From an uncultured delta proteobacterium (GTDB lineage: Bacteria; Myxococcota_A; Polyangia; Polyangiales; B10-G4), in the NCBI GenBank assembly GCA_963727445.1, contig CAVSGI010000011.1, positions 1-64,000 on the forward strand: a stretch of DNA of 64,000 nucleotides, given 5' to 3'. The notes under the pieces were generated by a model that was not told the origin of the DNA, searched no databases, and saw only the letters and a program-made list of their open reading frames with translations. Position numbers and translations under genes: made by a program. This document shows, piece after piece, positions 1 to 10,326 of this stretch. Position 1 is the first letter of the stretch. The number at the start of each line of letters is the position of its first letter.

Positions 1-30
1 GCGTCACAAACTGGTGAATCGCCGTCGGGC

Positions 31-2340
31 TTGGCAGAGCTGAGACTGAAGCGTGGCTACGGGTGGACACGAACGGTCGGCGAGTGGGCGGCCTTCGCAC
101 CTGAGACAGCCCAAGAGCGCACGACACTCGCGAACGTTGCGGTGGCCGTGAATAGCAACTTCTCAGATTGCACGGCCGACCTCGGCCTCCTCGCCAAGGA
201 CGAGTCCTTCCCAGTCTGTTACGCACCGGAGACCCAGGTCTTCGGCCCCGGACTCGCTGCGTGCGCGAGACTCGACAGCGAGTGCGCGGTTGGCGCGTAC
301 GACTCCGAGAATGATTGTTGCGGCCTCCTTCCGAAGCCCCAAGGCGCGACATGCACGGGCGGCACGTGCGACGGCAGTGGCGGCTGCGCCGCGGCCGACT
401 CCATCCCGGCGCCGAATCCTCCACCTGTGACCGGTTTCGAAGACTGGATGCGCATCACAACCGGTCAGTCGCCGAGCACTCGACACATCGACGTCGATGG
501 GGAGCCGGCGCTCCAGATCAGTCTCGATAGCAACGTAGCGGCGGTCCTCTTCTACGAGCCCGGTGTGGACCTCGCCCAGGTGGCGGTCGGACAGACAGCA
601 CAGCCCTTCGGAGGCGCACTCCTGACGCCTTTGGGTGGCACGGCGCTCAAGGTGAAGGAGATTGAGCTTCGCGTGCCGCGAACCTTGGAGGGGGAGGAAC
701 TATGCGTCGCCCGGGCGCCTCTCGATCAGATTGGAGCGTTCACGAGTGACTGCGCAGGCGCCGATCGGATCCCCTGTCCAGGCGGGGGTATGGGTATCTC
801 CTGCGAGGTGGTTGACGACGACTTCATCGTTCGCGGCGAGGCCTTGAGGGCCGCCTGGGAGCGAGTGCCGGGCGAAATCGTTGCAATCGATGGCGAACTC
901 CGTGATTTCGGGTGCATCGATATCGGCGACGGGAGCTGCTTCACGATCGGATGCGATCCTCCCTGTGAAGGGATCACGACATGCGAGACCGGGTGTGGGC
1001 TTCCGAGCATCACAACCTGTAATCCATTCGGGTGCCCAGGGCCGTGTGTGATCGGCACACGGGAAATCGAGCAGTGCGATGGCGAAGACAACGACTGCGA
1101 CGACCGCGTGGATGAGGGCGCGCGCGCCAGGTGCCGCGATGAGTTTACCTGCACGCAAGATCTGTGTGTGGACGGCGCATGTCTCAACACGCCGATCAAT
1201 GTTCTGTGTGGCGATGGAGCGGCTGCCTGCACGATCGACACCTGCCTGATCCCAGCCGACAACCCCTTCCCGACCGTTGACATGCCGCTGCCCGCAACGC
1301 CTGCCGACGTTCTGAACGGCTGCCATCACCTTGCGCGTAACTCTTTCTGTCAAGAACTTGATGGTTGCCATTGCAACGGAACCGAATTGTGCCTTGGGGT
1401 ATCAGGCAACGCTCCCAGTGGATGTACCTCCGTTCCTCCGATCGATTCACTCGGAGTCCACTATCCGTGCGAAACGGGCGACATCATTGAAGGCGGAGGG
1501 TGCACAGTGGAGCCGTGCTGTGAACCCGCGGAGGCAAGAGACGCATGCCGGCTGACTGCGAGGTGCACTGACGACCCCGGAAACCCGACTTGCCTTTCGG
1601 ACGACCAGCGGCAGGAGTACGATCTCGCGTGCGCGTTCCCAGCGCCAACGAAACTGAGCGAAACCGGCGAGGAGGTTAAGTGTCCGCCTGCTCCCGAGCC
1701 CATCCCGTTGTGCAACGATAGCAATGTCTGCACGTTCGACGTGTGCACTGAATTCACACCGGGCGGCGTTCTCGTTGGTCCTACCTGCAGCTACCCCGCA
1801 GGGGCAGACACGTCCATTGAGGGCTGCGAGCCTGATCCGTCTCACCGCGGCCCTTCGTGCGACACAATTCGGTGCAACGCGGGCGTCTGTGGCGTTTGGC
1901 CCGACTTGGCGCAGGTCGCTGCCTGCGAGGCAATTGACGAAGAGCTGGGGTTGCCCTTCTGTGACGGGGACACGAAATGCATTGGGACGGTCACCGACAC
2001 CGAGTTCGGGATCGCCGGGTGTGTGCTCGACGACGCTTGTGGAGACATTATCAACACTCGTGCGTGCGTAAGCTTCGAATGCAATCCCGACGATGGAATC
2101 CCAGACGCGGCCCGCTGCGAGCCCGTCTTGGACGACTCCTTCTGCGCTGCATTTGGCGACGGCCTCACATGTGGGACCGTAGGGAAGTGCGACTTCCTTG
2201 GCCCACCCGTCGACGGTGGCTGCGTTGCCGAGCCGGTGTGTGACGACAACAATACATGCACTCTGGATGCCTGCGAACCCAGCGACGACGAGATCCCCGT
2301 AGCAATATGCTCCAACGAACCCATCACGCCTTGTCCATAG
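31..2340 (+). CDS. Large Cys-rich secreted/surface protein (myxobacterial type); true start probably upstream of the window
   Basis: 769-aa ORF with many C-x-D-x-x-x-C-T-x-D-x-C motifs and a CDGEDNDCDDRVDEG metal-binding-type motif; no signal peptide at the TTG start. Confidence 0.75.
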   Translation: MAELRLKRGYGWTRTVGEWAAFAPETAQERTTLANVAVAVNSNFSDCTADLGLLAKDESFPVCYAPETQVFGPGLAACARLDSECAVGAYDSENDCCGLLPKPQGATCTGGTCDGSGGCAAADSIPAPNPPPVTGFEDWMRITTGQSPSTRHIDVDGEPALQISLDSNVAAVLFYEPGVDLAQVAVGQTAQPFGGALLTPLGGTALKVKEIELRVPRTLEGEELCVARAPLDQIGAFTSDCAGADRIPCPGGGMGISCEVVDDDFIVRGEALRAAWERVPGEIVAIDGELRDFGCIDIGDGSCFTIGCDPPCEGITTCETGCGLPSITTCNPFGCPGPCVIGTREIEQCDGEDNDCDDRVDEGARARCRDEFTCTQDLCVDGACLNTPINVLCGDGAAACTIDTCLIPADNPFPTVDMPLPATPADVLNGCHHLARNSFCQELDGCHCNGTELCLGVSGNAPSGCTSVPPIDSLGVHYPCETGDIIEGGGCTVEPCCEPAEARDACRLTARCTDDPGNPTCLSDDQRQEYDLACAFPAPTKLSETGEEVKCPPAPEPIPLCNDSNVCTFDVCTEFTPGGVLVGPTCSYPAGADTSIEGCEPDPSHRGPSCDTIRCNAGVCGVWPDLAQVAACEAIDEELGLPFCDGDTKCIGTVTDTEFGIAGCVLDDACGDIINTRACVSFECNPDDGIPDAARCEPVLDDSFCAAFGDGLTCGTVGKCDFLGPPVDGGCVAEPVCDDNNTCTLDACEPSDDEIPVAICSNEPITPCP

Positions 2341-3507
2341 CTCCGGCGGTCCTCCTCCTGTTCCTTCTGAGCGACGCCGCGTGCACAAGCGAGGAAAGCC
2401 TAGCTGTTACGGGGTGGTCTGAACTCGACGTTGTTGCCGTGGCTGGTGATGACCTGGGTTTCGTGGAGCGGCTTGAGTTTGGTGCAGATCTTACTGGAGA
2501 CGGCGTCGCGGACGTGCTTCTGGGCTCTCCCCGGAACGATCGAAGCAACAGGGGGTACCGTCTCAATCGTGGATCCGCGCGCTGGCAGAGTCACCTACCG
2601 TCGCCTCTATTGGGAACGACACGCAGATTACGGTAGCGCCTTGGGGGTTGGCGGCGACCGCGACGCCGACATGCTCACCGACTATGCGACCGTCGCCCGA
2701 TCCAGCAGCGGCGGCATGATTCAACTTCTGTCGGGGAATCAAGAGGAACCTCTCGCGACGTTTCAGGCAACCAGTGATTGTCGCTTGTTTGACTCCGTGG
2801 TCCTAGACGTAGACGCGAATAGTGATGGGACGTCGGATGTGATTGCCTTCGAGTACTCCTCGGCTCCCCCATGCCCGCAGGAACCCACGGTAGCTCGCAT
2901 CTTCGACGGAGCGACGCTGGAGATGGCGACGTTTCCCGTCGATCGAGGAGGCTTTGTCACCATGCAGTCCACGCCGGATTACAACGGCGATGGAATGCGG
3001 GATCTCCTCGCCGCGTTCCCGTACGCCAACGGGGACGAGGGGGAGCTGCAGTTGATTAGCGGCGACGGGGAGGTATTGCAGCGCTACTCAACTTCCGAGC
3101 CTCGTGGGCTCTTTGGGTTGACCTTCTCCACTTGTGACCTCGTCGATGACACCGTGGCCTTTGCGGTCGGAGGCGGCGTCCCGCTTGGTGACGTGGTAAC
3201 CTATGTCTATCGGCTCGATGCTGCTGGCGATGTCACGAGACTCGCGGAGGGTGCTGAGGTCAAGTGCGCCCCAGACATGAATGGAGACGGGAGCAGTGAC
3301 GCGTTGGTCCTGACGGACTCACTCCGTTGGACCGTCGTATCCGGCCGCTCGGGGGCAAGGCTCGTGGACCACTTCACTGCAGAGTTTGCATCTTCCTTCG
3401 CCATAGATGTAGGTGGAGACGTCGATGGCGATGGCCGCGCCGACATTGCTGCGATCACGTATGGAAGAGATCCGAGAATCCTAATCGCTCGCTCCTCCGC
3501 GCGATGA
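2307..3507 (+). CDS. FG-GAP/integrin-alpha-like repeat protein, split by one frameshift near 2550
   Basis: Signal-like N-terminus and DLTGDGVADVLLG in one frame (ORF 2256-2636); DYNGDGMRDLL, DMNGDGSSD and DVDGDGRADIA in the other (ORF 2431-3507); switch at a G5 run; start position approximate. Confidence 0.7.
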
Positions 3508-4937
3508 TTGACGCGCGCGCATGGGTGTCAATCCTGTTGCTCGCGTCGTGTGCGGGGGCGGAACCGAACCCCTCGGACGCGGAGCGACCCTCGGCCCTCT
3601 TCCCCGTTTCGGTGTCCCGAGATGTCGATTTAGTGATCGTGGTCGACTCCACCGACGACGCCCTCACCCTTCGACAGGCGATCTCAGCGCGCCTGCCAGC
3701 GATGCTCGAAACCTTGATGTCCGGCGACTACGACGGAGACGGTGTTGGGGAGGAGGTCGTTCCGAACACCTTGCACGTGGCGGTGACTGCATCGGATGGG
3801 GTAGGGGAGGGGTCGGAGGTCCCTCTCACTTGCCAACAGTCCGACGCTGGACTCATCGCCGGCGCGACCTGCGATGGCGGTGGATGGGCTTCGCTCGACA
3901 GTCCTGCAGACATCGCTGCCGCCAGCGACACCTTGGCTTGCGCGCTGGCAGACGTCGGAGGTGGCTGTCGCGTGCGCCAGCCACGCGTCGCTCTCAACAA
4001 CCTTCTTCTCTTGTGGGGCGGGAGAGCTGACTTCCTTCGTCAGGGTTCGCTCCGCGTGGCGATGGTCATTCAGCTCGCGGATGACTGCAGTGCCGTCTCG
4101 CCCTATCCCTGGTCACCGGAGACATCCGGGCCGCTCGACTGCCCGATGGGTTCACCCGGGTCGGTCGTCTCTCAGGACATCTTTCGATTCCGTTTGCTGC
4201 CGATCGCGGGCGTTCCAGTCGCGCTCGTGGACACGGCCCGAGTCGAGGAGACGGCGCGGCCGAGTCCGAACGCGTGGTTTGGGGAGCCGTTCGATGATCC
4301 CACGATGGTGCGCAGCCTCGATCCGGTCGATCCGACCAGAGCGGCCGCGCTCTGCGACACACCGATTGGCTCCGTGGAGCCTGCCCCCGAGCTGGTCGAC
4401 GCCGTGCGCTGGTGGGGTCCGCCCGCCGATGTGGAGTCACTGTGTCGCTCCGACTTGCTGACCGCGCTGCAGAACTCCGCCGGACGCATTCCGGCCAGCT
4501 TTCGTGCCGCATGTTTGCCCTCCTGGGCCTCCAAGGAGCGCTGCTCGTTGGAGGAGGGGGCGCTCCCGTCGGAAGGGTGCCGCACTGAGGGCGCTGTACG
4601 GAGCACGGCCGACTCGTACAAATGCGTCCTTCCCTCCACCGCATGGTCGATCGACTCCACATCTATCGAGGCGCAGTCTCTTTGCGCCGGCACCGGATAC
4701 TCGGGCTTGCTACAGGTGGAAGGCGCGGATGACGACAGGATCTTTCACGTTGCATGCGATTTCCCCTGCGACGCTGACGAGGATTGTGACGGTTTGCCCG
4801 TCGGGACTGGAAGATGGGGTTGCGAACCAACGACTCGGACCTGCCGCCGAGCTTGCGATTTCGCGCGCCAGTGCGACGACGTCCACACGTGCGTCGACAG
4901 CCTGGGAAGTCGTGGCGTCTGCGTTCCTGAAGCATGA
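3504..4937 (+). CDS. Myxobacterial lipoprotein with vWA-like N-terminal region and Cys-rich C-terminus
   Basis: ATGA overlap with upstream stop; lipobox LLASC; DVDLVIVVDS motif. Confidence 0.7.
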   Translation: MIDARAWVSILLLASCAGAEPNPSDAERPSALFPVSVSRDVDLVIVVDSTDDALTLRQAISARLPAMLETLMSGDYDGDGVGEEVVPNTLHVAVTASDGVGEGSEVPLTCQQSDAGLIAGATCDGGGWASLDSPADIAAASDTLACALADVGGGCRVRQPRVALNNLLLLWGGRADFLRQGSLRVAMVIQLADDCSAVSPYPWSPETSGPLDCPMGSPGSVVSQDIFRFRLLPIAGVPVALVDTARVEETARPSPNAWFGEPFDDPTMVRSLDPVDPTRAAALCDTPIGSVEPAPELVDAVRWWGPPADVESLCRSDLLTALQNSAGRIPASFRAACLPSWASKERCSLEEGALPSEGCRTEGAVRSTADSYKCVLPSTAWSIDSTSIEAQSLCAGTGYSGLLQVEGADDDRIFHVACDFPCDADEDCDGLPVGTGRWGCEPTTRTCRRACDFARQCDDVHTCVDSLGSRGVCVPEA

Positions 4938-5055
4938 CGCTCCCACCTGAGGCAAGTCCCCAGACCCGGTGGGACACCACGAAGCGGCACGAAGCGCCTA
5001 GGGACGCTATTGCTTCGTGATTACCGAATCTGCGAATCGCCTCGTGGTGGCTTGA

Positions 5056-5098
5056 TCAGCTTGGGAAGCTGACACTCTACCAACTGAGTTACGCCCGC
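5056..5098 (-). tRNA. 5' half (43 nt) of tRNA-Gly(CCC); T-arm and 3' acceptor strand missing
   Basis: Minus strand reads GCGGGCG TA ACTC AGTTGGTA GAGT G TCAGC TTCCCAA GCTGA (acceptor 5' strand, D-arm, anticodon arm with CCC), then non-tRNA sequence with no GTTCGA T-loop. Confidence 0.85.
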
Positions 5099-5109
5099 GA
5101 GAGACGGGA

Positions 5110-5138
5110 TAGTTAGCTACTCGCCGATGGGGCGTCAA
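5110..5138 (-). promoter_or_regulatory. Possible sigma70-type promoter upstream of the tRNA half
   Basis: Minus strand TTGACG, 17-bp spacer, TAACTA, ending 11 nt before the tRNA 5' G; the -10 match is weak. Confidence 0.4.
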
Positions 5139-5257
5139 GGGGACTGGCGGGGCGCGGGAGTGGATAGATGGGATGTAAGCGGCTGGCCGCCACTGACGTG
5201 GTAGCCGTAGCCCCACAACCGTAAACGCGGTCAAGAGCCGCAGAGTGGAGGCCAGCC

Positions 5258-6288
5258 GTGGAACACATTGGCATCGATGTTCACAAGAAGACAAGTCAGG
5301 TCTGCATCCAGACGAGCGAGGGAGAGCTGCGGGAGCGGCGCGTGGCGACGACGCGCGATGCGCTGGCGAAGGTGTTCGCGGACCGCGCCCGGGCGAAGAT
5401 CCTGATGGAGGCGTCGACGGACAGCGAGTGGGTGGCGCGGTGGCTCGAGGAGCTGGGCCATGAGGTGATCGTGGCGGACCCGAACTTCGCGCCGATGTAT
5501 GCCACGCGAAGCCGCAAGGTGAAGACGGACCGGCGCGATGCGCGGGCGCTCTGCGACGCCTGCCGGCTCGGCGCGTACCGCCCAGCGCACCGCGCCTCGG
5601 ACGCGGCCCGTCATCGGCGAGCGCAGGTCGCGGTGCGTGATGCGCTGGTGCGCACGCGAACGAAGTACATCTCGCTCACCCGAGCGCTTGTGCGGCGCGA
5701 GGGCTTGTCGCCACGAAGCGGCGGAGCGGCGACCTTCGCGGCGCGCATCGAGGAGCTGTCACTGCCCGCCCACCTGGCGCTCGAGGTCGCGCCGCTGCTC
5801 ACGATGCTCGAGCAGCTCACCATGCAGATCCGCGACGCCGACAAGCGCCTCGCCGAGCTCGCCAAGGGCGACGAGACCGTCGAACGCCTGTGCACCGTGC
5901 CGAGCATCGGGCCGGTGACGGCGGTGACCTTCGTCGCCGTGGTCGACCAGATCGGTCGCTTCCACAACGCCTCACAAGTGCGCGCCTACCTCGGCCTGGT
6001 GCCCCGCGAGCTGAGCTCTGGCGAAAAACGGATGCGGGGCCACATCACGAAGACCGGCAATCGCCGTCTCAGGTCGCTGCTCGTCGAAGCGGCCTGGGGA
6101 TCTTTCGTCACAAACGACCGGAGACGAAGGCGCTACGCGACTGGACGGAGCGCATCGCCGCACGCCGCGGCAAGCGGATCGCGGCGGTGGCGCTGGCGCG
6201 CAAGCTCGCGGGGATCTTGTACGCGATGTGGCGAGACGGGACGCGCTTCGAGGCGACAGCGAGCCGTGAGGAGGCTGCTGCAGCCTGA
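5258..6288 (+). CDS. IS110 DEDD transposase/recombinase, frameshifted near 6096
   Basis: GIDVHK, EAST and KTDRRDA motifs; G4 run where copy 2 has G5; C-terminus continues in the 5890-6288 frame. Confidence 0.9.
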
Positions 6289-6299
6289 CCCGCAACCGA

Positions 6300-6530
6300 C
6301 GATGACCCGCTCTTCGTGAAGGGAACCGATTATGGTGGTCGAGCGCGATGTGCTGGCTGGCTGCTGTCGAACGCCGATGGATAGATGGCGCCGACCACCA
6401 CCGAATCCCACCCTGCGCCGCGGCCTCGATGCCGCCCCAGTCGAGCGCGAACAGAAGGCTGAACAACCCGTCACGTATGAGCGAAACGACGAACCCGAGC
6501 CGAAGCGAAGGAGACGTGCAACGACGTAGA
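6300..6530 (+). ncRNA. Putative bridge/seek RNA of IS110 copy 1 (boundaries approximate)
   Basis: Guide-like segments match the target flanks (6348-6358, 6378-6384) and the donor junction (6405-6410, 6451-6457); enclosing stem TGGTGGTCG/CGACCACCA shows a compensatory change in copy 2. Confidence 0.75.
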
Positions 6531-6898
6531 ACGAAAATCAGACAAACCTGTTGACCGGGGTGGCCGCTTCACAGAAGCCATCACATAGTCTCTCAGGATG
6601 CGCGAGCTGCACTGTCACGTCGGATTCTTCGGCGCGAGGGTATCGACATCAACGAGGCCGCAAACGGGATTTTTCTTCCCCGCTCGCGCCGGGTTGCTCA
6701 GCCGCCGACTACAACTCACTCAGTAATTCACACCAACCGGTACTACACTGAGCTTGGAAGACGACTTCAGGATGCGGCACCAGGCACGGTCCGGGAGGAG
6801 TTGCGGGCGATCGCCACTGAGATACCGGCCGGCGAGTTCCCGTACTAGAACTTCAACTTCGCAGACCTGCCTTTCCTTGCACAAGGACTACTTGGAGA

Positions 6899-7447
6899 AT
6901 GAACACCTTCCTGATCCGTGAGGATGTTGTGAAGTATCAGACTGTTATTCCCGCAGATGAGGCAAGCTGGTCTGAACTGCAGTTCGATGGAAGAGCAAAA
7001 GGGGAGTGGCAGAGGTTGGAGCTGCTGGTCTTCAATGCCACACAAGTTCGAGGAAACTTTTTCCATCTCGCGCCTGGGTGCTTGTGCTTCGACTCCGCAG
7101 CGTTGGATGCGCTGGAGGACCTTTTCGAGATGGCCGGTCAAGTGCTGGAGGCAAGTCTCGGCGAGGAGAAGGAGCCTGTCTTCATTCTGAACGTTACCGA
7201 AATCTATCCTGTCCTCGAACCGTCGCGAGCGACTTGGAGGTTTGACGCTCGCACCGGAAAGAGACTCACCCTTCAGAAGTATGCCTTTCGTGATTTCGGA
7301 TTCGGGGAGTCGACGTTATTCAAGGTTGCAGAGACGGTGCGCGGAGACGTCCTCACTGTGCAACGCGACGACAGAGAGTTGGGCGACGACTTCATTTCGC
7401 GCTATGAGGCAAGCGGGCTAACGGGTCTTACATTCGTCTCCTGCTAG
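6899..7447 (+). CDS. Imm11/DUF1629-like immunity protein
   Basis: 182 aa with FILNVTEIYPVL and STLFKV motifs, ending SGLTGLTF; lies directly downstream of the AHH toxin remnant. Confidence 0.7.
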   Translation: MNTFLIREDVVKYQTVIPADEASWSELQFDGRAKGEWQRLELLVFNATQVRGNFFHLAPGCLCFDSAALDALEDLFEMAGQVLEASLGEEKEPVFILNVTEIYPVLEPSRATWRFDARTGKRLTLQKYAFRDFGFGESTLFKVAETVRGDVLTVQRDDRELGDDFISRYEASGLTGLTFVSC

Positions 7448-7944
7448 GTAGGCAAGTTCTCCCGAACCAGGACGGAGCACTAGACTGTCAAAGGCCAAGC
7501 TCGAGCAGGGTTCGTAACTCAGGCCCGAAGAAACGGCGCCGACTATGCGGAGATCGCAAATCCGACTGGACATCAAAGCTCCGGTTTCCAGCCACCGTGT
7601 AAGCGGACCGGCTCCCCGGACGCCCGAAATTCCGCAGAAGTAGGAGTGTTCCGTCGCGCGCGCCAGATGACATAGCTCTGGATGGAGGGGTGGCTGCGCG
7701 CTCGACGGAACACAGTTTGAGCCGAGCCCAGTCGACGGGAGGTCCTATGGGGAAGTCACGCTTCGGAGCTGACGGTGAGCGTCCAAGCGGCGTGGAGAAT
7801 GCGGCGGCCGACGGCGCCGAGGAGGCACATGCGGAGGCATGAATGTCGCCCGACAGAGGACGCGGCGCACGCACGGGTGGTCGAGGACGGACCGGTACGT
7901 CTCCGGGTCGTGCCGGCCGAGCGCATGTGTTCGTGGCGAATGCG

Positions 7945-9120
7945 TCATGGAGGCGCCCTGACGTTGGGAAGCGGCGCAGCACAGAGCGCCATCGTCATCT
8001 CGTGGCAGCGCGGGCATCGTCTGAGGTCGATGCCGGTCAGTCGGCGGACGAGCGCGACGACAGCGTCTTCGTCCTCGGCCTCGTCGGCGTCGATGACGGG
8101 TGGCGGGGTCTCGACAGGCCTGCTCTTCGACAGCAGCGCCCGGGCCTGGGCGAGACGTCCGTGCACGTGGCGTGAAGAGAGCAAGCCGTAGTGGCGGATG
8201 CGGACGAATCCGTCGGGCAGGACGTGGCGAAGGAGGCGGCGCAAGAAGAGCGGCGCGGGCAGCGTGACCTTCTTCTGATGCCGGGTGCGAAAGGTGACGC
8301 CAGCATCGTCGACGGCGAGGATGCGGCGATTCGACAGGCCGATGCGATGCGTGTAGCGACCGAGGTAGGCGAAGACGGCGTCGGCGTCGCCGAAGGGGCG
8401 CTTGGCGTAGACGAGCCAGTCTCTGTCGTAGAGCGCGTCGAGATCGCCGGCATCGCGGAGCAGACCGCGCGCGTCGAGACGCCGGATGGCATCGAGGTAC
8501 TTACCGCGGAAGAGACGGCCGAGGACGCGCACCGGAAAGAGGAAGCCCTCCTGCGTCGCGCGCCATCGTCCATCGGCATCGAGTCCGCCGCCGGTGACCA
8601 CGCAGTGCAGATGCGGATGCCACGACAGGTCGCGGCTCCACGTGTGAAGCACGGCGGTGAGGCCGAGGTCGGCGCCGAGCCACCGGGGGTCGCGTCCGAG
8701 CTCGAGCAACGTGTCGGCCGCCACACGAAAGAGCGCATCGCACATCCGGCGGCGATTGTTGTACACGAGCGCGCGTAGCTCGGACGGCAGCGTGAAGACG
8801 ACGTGGAAGTGGTGGACGGGGAGCAGACGCGCCCGCCGCGCCTCGAGCCAGCGATGCTGAGCGAGCGCCTGACACTTGGGGCAGTGACGGTTGCGACACG
8901 AGTTGTACGACGGGCGCTCGTGGCCGCACCGCGTACACACGTCGAGGTGACCGCCGAGGGCGGCGGTCCGGCAGCGCATCCAGGCGGTCAGCACGCGTCG
9001 CTCGGGCGAGCCTCGTGGGTAGCGGGGGGCGATCTCGGCCGCGTGAGCCCGCGCGATCGCGCCCACTTCGAAACGAGGTCGCTCCGAAGACGCCGTGGCC
9101 GCCGAACAGGGCGGCGGCAC
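7945..9120 (-). CDS. IS91-family (Y2 HUH) transposase with N-terminal Zn-binding domain
   Basis: YNSCRNRHCPKC, HFHVVFT, HPHLHC (HUH), YLGRY and FVRIRHYGLL motifs. Confidence 0.93.
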   Translation of the reverse strand: MPPPCSAATASSERPRFEVGAIARAHAAEIAPRYPRGSPERRVLTAWMRCRTAALGGHLDVCTRCGHERPSYNSCRNRHCPKCQALAQHRWLEARRARLLPVHHFHVVFTLPSELRALVYNNRRRMCDALFRVAADTLLELGRDPRWLGADLGLTAVLHTWSRDLSWHPHLHCVVTGGGLDADGRWRATQEGFLFPVRVLGRLFRGKYLDAIRRLDARGLLRDAGDLDALYDRDWLVYAKRPFGDADAVFAYLGRYTHRIGLSNRRILAVDDAGVTFRTRHQKKVTLPAPLFLRRLLRHVLPDGFVRIRHYGLLSSRHVHGRLAQARALLSKSRPVETPPPVIDADEAEDEDAVVALVRRLTGIDLRRCPRCHEMTMALCAAPLPNVRAPP

Positions 9121-9126
9121 CGCGAC

Positions 9127-9989
9127 CTAGCCGAAGCGCTCGGCGGTCTCGGAGCCCAAGAGGTCGAGCGGGCTCGGCAACTGGCTGCGGCGGGCGTGTG
9201 TCAGGTGCACGTAGAGCACCGTCGATTCGATGCACGCGTGGCCGAGGATCAGCTGGACGCTGCGCAAATCGGCGCCAGCCTCGATGAGGTGCGTGGCGAA
9301 GCTATGACGCAGCGTGTGCGCCGTGACCGGCTTGTCGATGGCGGCCTGGGCGAGCGCCCGTCGCAGCGGAAGCGTGAACGCTGCCCTCGACAGACCTCCC
9401 CCTTTCGGCCGTGGCCCGGAAAGAGCCACTCACCTGCGGGTCGCACGCGCCGGTAGTAGTCGCGCAGCTGACGGAGCAGCCGCTTGGCGAGCGGCACCTG
9501 TCGCTGCTTTCCGCCTTTGGACGAGCGGACGTCGAGCACGTGCCGGTGGCTGTCGATGTCCGCCACTCGCAGTCGGCACGCTTCGGTGATGCGTAGCCCG
9601 GCCCCGTAACACAGCGTGGCGATCGTCTGATGGGTGACGGACTCGAACGAGGAGAGGAGCCGTTCGACCTCGGTGCCGCTGAGCACCAGCGGAAGCTTCG
9701 TCGGCACCGCCGCGAAGGGCAGCTGCATCACCCACTCGCTCTGCTTCAGCGTCGTGCCGTAGAAGAACCGCAGCGCCGCCGCGCACTGGTTTCGCGTCGA
9801 CGCCGACAGCCCCCGCTCCCGCGTCAACAGCAGCAGGTAGCGCTCCACCTCCTCGAGTCCCAGCTGCCGCGGGTCCTGCCCGAAGTGCTCCGCGAACTTG
9901 CGGACGTGGCGCAGGTACGCCGTGCGCGTCCCCGGACGAAACCCGCGCAACTCCATGTCCGCTTCCATCTTGATGACCAACTCGTCCAT
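9127..9989 (-). CDS. Tyrosine recombinase (IS91-associated, IntI/XerD-like), frameshift near 9400
   Basis: SAM-like N-terminus; [28 protein letters not shown] and Y motifs split over two frames at a G5 run. Confidence 0.9.
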
Positions 9990-10326
9990 CGCCTCGCTCC
10001 TTGCCTCGTCGCACCCGGTGTGGATGCGAGCGAACAGGATCGCGATGGCGAGGGAGGACCGAGCGCCGACCTTCAGAACCGCGGAGAAACCGCCCCGCAG
10101 GGGCTTGGTTGAAGGTATGATCTGTCGACTCCCTGCCCGGCCGGAGGGGAGCGGAGGCCGTTTGTGATGGCTATCAGCTATTCTTGGGCGACTACGATGA
10201 TGTAACCGCGGTAGATCCAGCAACATACCCGGGTGCGAACGGGACTTTCGCTATTTCTTGGGCAGATTCGACGCGGATATTTCCGCAGTTCGAGGTCGCC
10301 GCCGCCTACGTCAACGTCCCAAGTCC

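Larger units (their letters stand above)
5166..6577 (+). mobile_element. IS110 family (IS1111 group) element, copy 1
   Basis: AG core at both ends (5166-67 and 6576-77); sub-terminal inverted repeats TGTAAGCGGC / GCCGCTTCACA; long 3' non-coding end; homologous to 10942-12366. Confidence 0.92.
5127..6848 (+). pseudogene. AHH-family HNH nuclease toxin domain interrupted by IS110 copy 1
   Basis: Removing the IS restores MGRQGDWRGAGVDS-HHIVSQDARAALSRRILRREGIDINEAANGIFLP...HSVIHTNRYYTELGRRL...GEFPY* (stop 6846-6848); not in the ORF track. Confidence 0.8.
7577..10179 (-). mobile_element. Element A: tyrosine recombinase + IS91-family HUH transposase with modular repeat ends
   Basis: Bounded by AGCT direct repeats (7577-80 and 10176-79); both end regions are repeated elsewhere in the window. 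Confidence 0.8.
7490..10240 (+). pseudogene. Degenerate tyrosine recombinase C-terminal remnant split by the integrase/IS91 element
   Basis: 7499-7580 reads RAGFVTQARRNGADYAEIANPTGHQS (HxLRAGF...TGH pattern); after the element, 10182-10240 reads FLGDYDDVTAVDPATYPG in a shifted frame. Confidence 0.5.

Noticed and set aside
5000..5055. Intron-containing or split tRNA
   Set aside because: No 3' exon (T-arm and acceptor strand) was seen nearby, and the break is after the anticodon stem rather than in the loop
6551..6577. Strong circle-junction promoter from TTGACC at the IS110 right end
   Set aside because: The predicted -10 across the junction (GAAGAT) is a poor match; plausible but unsupported
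7646..7713. Canonical integron attC site / true integron
   Set aside because: No RYYYAAC..GTTRRRY boxes, and the recombinase (~287 aa) shows no evident IntI-specific insertion; reported only as integron-like
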